A DNA stretch of 63,301 bases, counting the filler, from Hyphochytrium catenoides (lineage: Eukaryota > Protista > Hyphochytriomycota), in the NCBI GenBank assembly GCA_900088475.1. It is 10 parts of 10 records of this genome, joined end to end, with 100 filler letters (N's around TTAATTAATTAA, not from the genome) between each part and the next. Parts side by side here need not be neighbours in the genome. Positions count along the whole stretch, not along the records: positions 52,990 to 58,899 come from FLMG01001084.1; positions 59,000 to 60,844 come from FLMG01002016.1; positions 60,945 to 63,301 come from FLMG01000166.1; 7 more parts are not named here. One strand, given 5' to 3'. Below are positions 55,881 to 63,301 of this stretch, in pieces (the stretch's first letter is position 1; the number at the start of each line of letters is the position of its first letter). The notes under the pieces are model-generated. The model was not told the DNA's origin. It made no database searches and saw only the letters and a list, made by a program, of their open reading frames with translations. The translations under genes were made by a program, and so were the position numbers.

Positions 55881-56021
55881 GGGCCTTCTTCTAACGCTTC
55901 TCTCTGTTATTGCCGCGTCTGATCCCTTCTTCAGTGCACTCTTCACCTTATAACAAGCTCGGGGCCTTCGCTCTGCCCTCTCTGCCGAGAACCCATCCAG
56001 AGAATTTCTCTCTCTCGATAG
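52990..56021 (+). CDS. 3-hydroxyacyl-CoA dehydrogenase NAD-binding domain fused to a C-terminal C3HC4 RING finger; 5'-truncated
   Basis: VIGCGLMG (GxGxxG), VVVVD, EAAPEDLALKQ, FASNSM, GLRFLFP, then phase-compatible linker exons and CIVC-x11-CRH-x3-CPQC-x12-CPLCR. Stop at 56019-56021. Confidence 0.85.
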
Positions 56022-56722
56022 GACGGCCTCTCTCTTCATGTTCATTGTTGCTCGCCTAATGACTGGAAGAGAGCTGCCATTGCTCTTGTAGAGGGCATTG
56101 AGGTACGCTTACGTCGTTGTCAAGGTCAATGGGATATAAAGGCTATTCCGAAGCCCACTGGGAAGGAGAATGGATAGTGGGAAGAGAATAGAGGAAGAGA
56201 CTCAGAGGGATGGGGAACCCTGATAACCAACACGAGGAAGATAACTGAAGGTCTGAGGCTCCACCAAGAGACAGAAAGTGCTCGCTGATTGACTGAGAGC
56301 GAGGAATGAGGCTCATGTGGCGGTCTATTGGAACTAGATCATCTCCCCCAGGGCGAGAGGGAAAGGAAAACGACAGTAGGGAGAGAGAGGTGATGCACAG
56401 AGAGTGAGAGGAAAGGGCATGTAGGTACGACTGGGCATCTGATGTCCTTGAATATTAACTTTACAGGGCTGCAGAGTCATCAGCAGCTTGTGGGCAAGCT
56501 ACTTTACTGGCTGTTGGAAGGATTGGTGCACAAGGCCACGAGCAGACTTTTCAATCGGTCAATGCTCTCCCCTTCTGGGTCCACTCCTCTCTTCACTCAC
56601 GGCTTCTCCTTCCTTTCCCACCAGCCTGAGTGTCATCGCTCTCTCTCCATCCCTCAGCTCATCTCCGCACCTCCTCACTCGTTATCGTTCTCTCCGCCTC
56701 CTCTTCATTGCGAGCGGCGAGG

Positions 56723-57172
56723 TCAGGCAGTGGCAGTGATGAGCGAGGTTAGAGCTGCGGCACTGAAAGGCACGTTCTTTCCCTTCGCGCCGTCCTCTCT
56801 TCTTTTTGTTCTCTCCCCTGGTATCTTTCCCCTTTCTTCGGCGATCGCAGTGACTCTTCCAACGCAGATCGTGTTGCCGTCCCAGAGAAGCAGCTTAGAG
56901 CCGACCTCTAGATATTCTGCACAGTAGACAAAGGAGAAGTGACAGAGATGCGGTCGCCTACCGACGCAATAACCAAGGAGACACGTGGGAGAAGAACGGA
57001 GAAAGAAGGAAAGAGAAAAAGAAAGAAGAGAGAGAGCACAGACTTCGTCAAGAACTATCAGCTACGCATAAAGATGCTCCCTCCCCCAAAAAGCTCTCTT
57101 TCTCTGTCCCTCTCTCTCTCTCTCTCGCGCGCGCGCGTGCTCTGTCTGTCTGTCTGTCTCTCTCTCACTCAC

Positions 57173-57208
<36 letters not shown>

Positions 57209-58790
57209 AATGTCCCTTTGCTAGAGCATTGAAAGCCTGTTTCTTTTGGATCTAACAGAAAGCGAGACTCTCTCCGAATGGTCGAGACCTTGACTCCATA
57301 TAACCTCCTAGGCTGAGACTCTACTCTTGTTCTCCCAGAAAAGCTTCTCCATCCTCTTCCCTCTCCTGCCCTGAAACTCTTTCTTTTTCTCATGCTTCTC
57401 CTCGGCTTCGTTTACCTGTGGCCAGAGCTTTCAGGCTTCGTCTTGCTGACCAGCCTCACGACTTGCCGTATGTTCCTGCTGTAGAGCACAGGCTCATAGC
57501 CGGCGTCCAAGCCTTCGTCCTCATCCCCTAAGAAGTCTACCTCCGCCTCAAAGTCTAGCACTAGAGGCGGAGCCTTGAACAGAAAGTGAAAAAAGGAAGA
57601 GAGACATGAAAGGACGAGTGCCGGCTGGTCAGTCAGGAAGGAGCTACATAGAGATAAGCAGAGAGAGAGAGAGAGGAACAAGTGACGCCCACTCACCTTG
57701 TCCTGTTGCTTCATCAGCACCATCCCCTTCCTCAGCACCAACCTTCCTCCTTCTTCCTCCTCGTTCTCCTCCGCTCCGCTTTCATCCTTCTCAAGCGCTA
57801 GCTGGAGCGTTCCGCTCTGCTTGGGCAAGAGATCTGTCGCTTGCGCGCCTTTGACCCTAATGTCTTCTATGCGAGCTGGCACGAACTTTCCTAGTTTCGT
57901 AGGCCCTACCACGACTTTGTCGTCTACTCTCAGCTGGCCCCTAAAGCAATAGAAATGACTTAAGTCAGGCACATAACCTTAGCAGAGCTAAAGAGAAGGG
58001 GGAGGGAGAGAAGAGAGAGAGAGAGAGAGTGAGAAAGAAAGAAAGAGGGAGAGAGAGAGACAGTATGGGGATCGCATGTCGGACACTTTTCACTTTCCTT
58101 GGTTTCAGGAAGGGAAAGATAATGCAATGTTAGCGAGAGACATAGAAGAGGTTAAGAGAGAGAAAAAGAAGAGAGAGGCAGGAACTACCTCGACATAATG
58201 CCTCCGACGACGGTGTCTTCCTCTTCGTTCCGGTACGCCTCTAGGATGCTGAAGGCCGGAGAGTTTGATCGTTCTTCATTTCCTATTGATGGTGCTTCTT
58301 GCTGTCTCTCCTTATGAGCCTGTGGAGCGAGAACAGCAGCAAAGCGGATGAGACAGAGTGACACCGTCGCCGAGCTCGGGGAGGTTGCTAGGCACGCGTT
58401 ACAGGGAAGAGAAGAGAGAAGTAGCGCCCAAAAGGAAGAGAGAGGTGGGATGAAGATCCGAAAAGTCATCTGTGCTTACATTTGGCTGAAGAGATCGCAG
58501 GAAGCTCTGCAGGACAGCCATCCTAAAATGAAAGAGAGAAGTTATTTACTTGAGCCGCAGGAACGAATAGAGCGCGAAGCAAGAGAGAGAAAGAAGGAAT
58601 AAGAAAGAACGAATGGAGAGAGATATTGAGAAGGGGAGGAGGCTAGAGAAGCTAGTGATTGAAGAGGTTATACCCTGCGCCGGTGACGCTTGAAACTGAG
58701 AAGAGAGGAAGAGCCGTCCGTAGACTCTCTGGTACTGCTTGATCTACCAGCGCCACACGTCGGGGACATCCCAAACTCTATAAATCAAGA
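56723..58790 (-). CDS. GTPBP1/GTPBP2-like translational GTPase (end of G domain, domains II and III); 5'-truncated
   Basis: PLFSVSSVTGAG.AVLQSFLRSL, TVVGG..RGQLRVDDKVVVGP..GKFVP, LRKGMVL, FEAEV, YEPVLYSRNIRQ, HFSFVYCAEYLEVGSKLLLWDGNTICVGRVT. Confidence 0.85.
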
Positions 58791-58850
58791 TGATTAAGTG
58801 CGGTGAATGCTGCGAAGACAGGACGACAGGATAGGAAAGAGGAGGGGGGA

Positions 58851-58881
<31 letters not shown>

Positions 58882-60559
58882 AGAGAGAAAGAGAGAGAGN
58901 NNNNNNNNNNNNNNNNNNNNNNNNNNNNNNNNNNNNNNNNNNNTTAATTAATTAANNNNNNNNNNNNNNNNNNNNNNNNNNNNNNNNNNNNNNNNNNNNG
59001 GGAAGGGAGGGAGGGAGGGAGGGTGACGACGGTCATCACCCCTGCGAGGCCGGAGCCAGTCATTCCTGTATCAGGAGAAAACGATTCTTGGGTTTGGAAG
59101 ATACCACGAGTTAGTATTAACAACCTATAGGAGTAAAGAGCGATGGGTGTGAGGTTGTGGTTGTTTGCTGATGAGTTAGTGGGTATGTCTATTGAGAACA
59201 ACGCGGGTGGGGGCAACTGCTTCTTACTTATTTATGGTGGGGATGAAGCTTGGGGGCGAAAACCCCCCCCAACCATGATATGGGTTAGGGGTGTCATCAC
59301 AGAGACTAAACGACAGACCCACGCATCTGTACGGGAGGGCAAACCTCTAACATATATACCTACATCCCTGGGTCATACACACATCCTTCCAACATGTTGC
59401 CTGACCGTTTATCTAGGGTTTGGTAGTCAACCCCAGAGCGTTTTATACAGCGTTCGATTGGCTGGTTCAGCTCCCTGGTCAACCGGACTATCCAATCAGA
59501 ATAGCTCACATGTGCTGTGGTAGATGGTGATTGGCTCAGGATCTTAGGCGGGGTAGGTTTCACCCGCTCCCGTGTTCTCTTCACCACCAGTCAATCGGCA
59601 AAGAGGGAGGAAAGTACTCCTCCGACGGGGGGACATAACCTAATCTTCTTACCCAGATCTAGAGATTTAGCTCTTCGTGGGTTCTGTGTCCACCGGGAGG
59701 GGTTTCCGCCCCCTTCACCCTTGTAATATCAAGGCCGCTCTGCCTCTTTCCGCTATTTATCTCTTAGGGTTTCCATCGTCCTTTTCAATACTCTTTTTTG
59801 GGACGAAAGGAAGAGAATCTAATCTGGTGCATCCTCGCAGGGCTGTTATCTCACGCCCATTGGGGTGCAGAAAGGTCCATAGAAAAGCCCGCGAGGGCCT
59901 GCTAAGACACTGCAGTAGCCAACCGTTCATTCTGATCGATGGGGGTATATCCTGCACCACGTGTCACCAAGGCAATGCACCGTTCCCACCCACATGCGCT
60001 TGGCCAGTGATAGGACTGCCATGTAAAACTGCCTACCCATCATGCCGTCACACACCACAAGTAATGTGAGGTTTCTCTCGAAGACATTCACCCCCGCATT
60101 GGTGGTCATGAGGCTTGGGGTCAATGTGGGCGCAGGAGGGCGGGCGAAGAGAGAGACGAAGAGAAAGAGAGAGCGAGTAAGCGGGAAGGACAATGAGAAA
60201 GGCTACTTTACGTGGTAGAAGTGGCTTTTGGACTGTACCTCTCTCTCTCTCCGTCCTGACAAAAGAGCTGAGGACAACCAAGGGTGGGACGTCTCATGGC
60301 CAAATGTTACACATGCGGCTTATGTTTAGAAATGAAGTGACAGAGATAACAATCTCTATGGCTAAGGGCGGCTAAGGATTGGCGAATGTGGTAACTTTCT
60401 GCTACACAAACCGGCAAAACTAGACATTAACCGCTTCGCTTGGCTTTGAACTGGTATGGGAAAGGAAAAAACCTAATAATATGCCGCACTAGCCCTTGTG
60501 ACTGTTTGTGCCACTTTGCACCCGTCAACTCCTTTCTGTGCTCTCTCTCTCTCTCTCTT

Positions 60560-60608
<49 letters not shown>

Positions 60609-60944
60609 TTCCCCCAGTTTGAAAGGCTTGGTTGCTGTTCAAGCGCCCCATCTGTCTCTTCACTTCTTCAGCTCTACTTCCACATGAGCAAGGCTCCTGC
60701 TGGTGCCACTGCTTTGTGAGCCATTCATCACGGGCTTCGTCAGCGAAGGAGAGAAAAGAGCTGTGTGTCTGCGTCTCTCTTTGTCCCCTTTCCTCCTTCC
60801 CGCGCGCTCATCAGCACCACTCACTCACTTTTTCATTTCCTCCCNNNNNNNNNNNNNNNNNNNNNNNNNNNNNNNNNNNNNNNNNNNNTTAATTAATTAA
60901 NNNNNNNNNNNNNNNNNNNNNNNNNNNNNNNNNNNNNNNNNNNN

Positions 60945-61112
60945 TTAGTCAAGAGTACGTTTGGTGTATGGTGCATACTGGTTAGGGTGTCGACATCAAA
61001 GAAAGAGGTCCTGGGTTCGAATCCCGGAGCGTACAAAACTATTCCCCGGTATATCTCCGACTCCCCCCAATATTAATTCAAAGTGCTCACCATCCATTGA
61101 TAAAATCTAACA
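60945..61112 (+). mobile_element. Short LTR-like element containing a tRNA-like sequence (Helenus/TRIM-like solo LTR or tRNA-SINE), copy 1
   Basis: Acceptor stem gtacgtt/agcgtac, T-arm ctggg-ttcgaat-cccgg (B box), A-box-like tggtgtatgg. Ends CTAACA; the contig starts TTAG. Confidence 0.7.
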
Positions 61113-61134
61113 GTTACTGATTCGAACTAGACAA

Positions 61135-61474
61135 TGTTGAGTGCTACCAATGTTCGTTGTCAGTAGAACAGTAGTCACTCTCTATACACACCTAGCTCTC
61201 AGGGACATAGACGTCACGGGTACACCTGTGTTATGGGAATAAGTGGTGAGAAGAATTCCTGAAGAACGCTGGAGCAGCACAGGAGGCGAGAGCGAAGATG
61301 AGGGAAGCTGGGCCGAGCTAAAAATCTTAAGAGCAGACCACACACACTCATGACTCAGTCATTCAGAGAAATCTCAATCATATATCAATACCAAGTCCCT
61401 TTGTTAACGTTTCATCTAGATTGAGCTCATACAGAAGCTTCAGGCATTGCCATCCAACTCTGTAAAGTTCATCA
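61135..61474 (+). mobile_element. Ty1/copia 5' LTR (~340 bp)
   Basis: Begins TGTTGA and ends CATCA, immediately followed by the PBS. The 5' boundary is inferred because no second copy is present. Confidence 0.7.
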
Positions 61475-61487
61475 GGTTATGGGCCCA
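61475..61487 (+). promoter_or_regulatory. Primer-binding site GGTTATGGGCCCA (internal/half tRNA-iMet type)
   Basis: Matches the PBS used by Drosophila copia/Ty5-type elements; lies directly after the LTR CA. Confidence 0.85.
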
Positions 61488-61564
61488 CACTCGCAGTTGG
61501 TCGTGACTGTTTGCTTCTCCTCTTCTCACTTGAGCTGCTAGAGTGACGATCCTGTCGCATGCCA

Positions 61565-61952
61565 TGCCATCAAAGGAAGGCGAAGTTCATCCGCACAATA
61601 GCGCTGTTCTGCACAGCAAGGACCAGTATCCTGTCTGGTCAAGCCGGGTACGAAGTTACCTGGATGAGTTAGACCTCGTCGTTCACATCGAGGATGAGAG
61701 TCAGCAGACACTGCTGGCTGATGGCAAAGACCCGCTCATCAGTAAGGATTTCACAGAGACAAGCAAGAAGAACTGGAAGAAGAATGATCGGAAGACGATC
61801 AACAAACTGGTTCCCCTAGTTTCTGATGAGTTCCTGTCGCTGCTGGAATGGCAAGAATCAGCTTTACGCGGGATGGCTCAAACTGCAAGAGCAGAACATA
61901 AACAAGAGTGTCTTCAAATCCCATACATTGTGACAATTGTCGTTCTCACTCA
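61565..61952 (+). pseudogene. Copia gag fragment (frameshifted, truncated)
   Basis: QYPVWSSRVRSYLDELDL...WKKNDRKTINKL...; after a frameshift AGWLKLQEQ...KS with a stop. Confidence 0.75.
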
Positions 61953-63182
61953 TTCTCTCCCCTGCAAACGAAGCTAGGTGGGTAGTGGCAAGAAGAATAC
62001 TGGTACTAGGAGGGAGGACTCCAAGTTGAAGACACAGTGTCCGAGAGAGAGGAGCGGGTAAAGGCTTGGTGGGTGAGGCATTCAATCGGCTATCATGGCT
62101 GCAGAGGAATATAGACAAGCTTAATTCTCCCATTGGCTACCTTCTCTTGCGGGACACGGTGCTTGACATCTAGAGTTTTTGACTTTGCTCGTGAGGATGA
62201 GCAGAAAACAACCGCGCTCTTGTTGTCCTGGCTAATGGAATGGGCAGCTGGTTGGAGAAGCCATGCTCGCTCAGGAATACGCTAAAATGCTCTGCGACCT
62301 GGCTTGCGGACCAAAGCGAGACGCAGTCCTCTTCCGTCGTTGACGACGCTCGAAGAGATTCCTTCTTTGACTTCCACGACGCAAAAGCACCGGCGTTGCG
62401 GCTCAACAAATAGCCTGTGATAGACTTGCTGTCAGCTGGGTCACTAGCCCAGTCAGCATCAGCCTGCCACCGACATAGAGTTGAATAGGAGCAATTCCTC
62501 CTAGACACAAGGAGTAGTCTTGAATGGCCTTCAGTAGGTGAAGATACGTTTGACAGCCTCCCAGCGGACGTGGCGGAAGGCAGTTACATGTTGGCTCCTC
62601 ACAGCTTGCACTCCATAAGCGATATCATGCCGCGTGCACACCGTCACATAGAGCAAAGACCCTACTGCTTGGCGATAAAGGGTGCGACCAACCGGTCAGC
62701 TTCATCATCAGAAAGAGGAATGGTAGAAGAAGCTTTGAGCAAGTGCGTCTTAGGCACCTTTGGGATAGGTTTGGGTGGTCGGGATTAAGTAGGTTGAAGC
62801 GCTCCAAGATCTCGGTGATATACTTCGACTTTCGAAGGTAAATTCTCCTAGCAGCTCGATCCCGCTTTACTTGGATGCCCAAGTAGTACTCTAACTCCCC
62901 CAGATCATCGGTGATGGAGAAACGAGCAGACAGCATAGTCTTGAGACCTGCAATTTGCTCGGTGGTGGGAGCAAAGAGGAGCATGTCATCAACGAAGACG
63001 CCCACGATCTCAAGGTTGGCAGGAGCTGCGTTTAAACCCTTGTTCAATCAGATAATGGTGCAGCGTGTCATTCCACATCTTGTGGCTCTGGCGAAGGCCA
63101 TATACCGACTCCTTCAGCTTCCAGACGTGATCTTCTTGTCCAGGAGCTGCAAAACCGGTTGGATGCCGCATGTACTCCTACT
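61953..63182 (-). pseudogene. Copia pol fragment (RT + RNase H + PPT), degenerate, antisense to the gag fragment
   Basis: EYMRHPTGF..VWKLKESVYGLRQS..WN, VFVDDMLL, DLGELEYYLGIQV, DADWASDPADSKSITGY, SWKSKK..SSTTEE, QDNKSA, TKPLP. PPT aggggagag at ~61955-61963. Confidence 0.92.
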
Positions 63183-63301
63183 TGTTAGATTTTATCATTG
63201 GATGGTGAGCACTTTGAATTAATATTGGTGGGTGTCTGGATATACCGGAGAAACGTTTTGTACGCTCCGGGATTTGAACCCAGGACCTCTGCCTTTGATG
63301 C
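63183..63301 (-). mobile_element. Second, inverted copy of the tRNA-containing LTR-like element, interrupting the copia RT; runs off the window
   Basis: Reverse complement closely matches 60994-61112 (catcaaag..gaggtcctgggttc.aatcccggagcgtacaaaac...aatattaattcaaagtgctcaccatcca.tgataaaatctaaca). Confidence 0.85.

Noticed and set aside
60955-61035. Functional tRNA gene
   Set aside because: D arm is lengthened, the anticodon stem does not pair, and a long 3' flank is shared with a second copy; better explained as part of a mobile element.

Overview
Eukaryotic DNA, probably from a unicellular protist; the lineage cannot be determined from the sequence. It is intron-rich (GT-AG) and saturated with (CT)n/(GA)n microsatellites. 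The window is a concatenation of about 10 contigs/scaffolds joined by artificial 100-nt linkers (N44-TTAATTAATTAA-N44), so adjacency across linkers is not biological. Most ORFs in the supplied track are microsatellite artefacts, and the real genes were rebuilt by splicing exons by hand. Recognisable genes: ABCB-type ABC transporter (3' part), cytosolic tryptophanyl-tRNA synthetase, peroxisomal SDR+SCP2 protein ending in SKL, WRKY19-like Cys/His repeat protein, AstE/AspA-family metallohydrolase, bacterial-type acyl-CoA dehydrogenase, BioD-like/DRTGG protein, HAD hydrolase fragment, PH-domain Ser/Thr kinase, LIN37-like protein, Vps24/CHMP3, and a GTPBP1/2-like GTPase. Most notable: (1) a spliced gene fusing a 3-hydroxyacyl-CoA dehydrogenase NAD-binding domain with substituted catalytic residues to a C3HC4 RING, a candidate metabolite-sensing E3 ligase; (2) a multi-exon gene with five copies of a beta-rich 'L-x-RGD-x-h-x-h-GG-x-x-Y' module; (3) two inverted copies of a short LTR-like element containing a tRNA-like fold (Helenus/TRIM-like), flanking a rearranged Ty1/copia relic.
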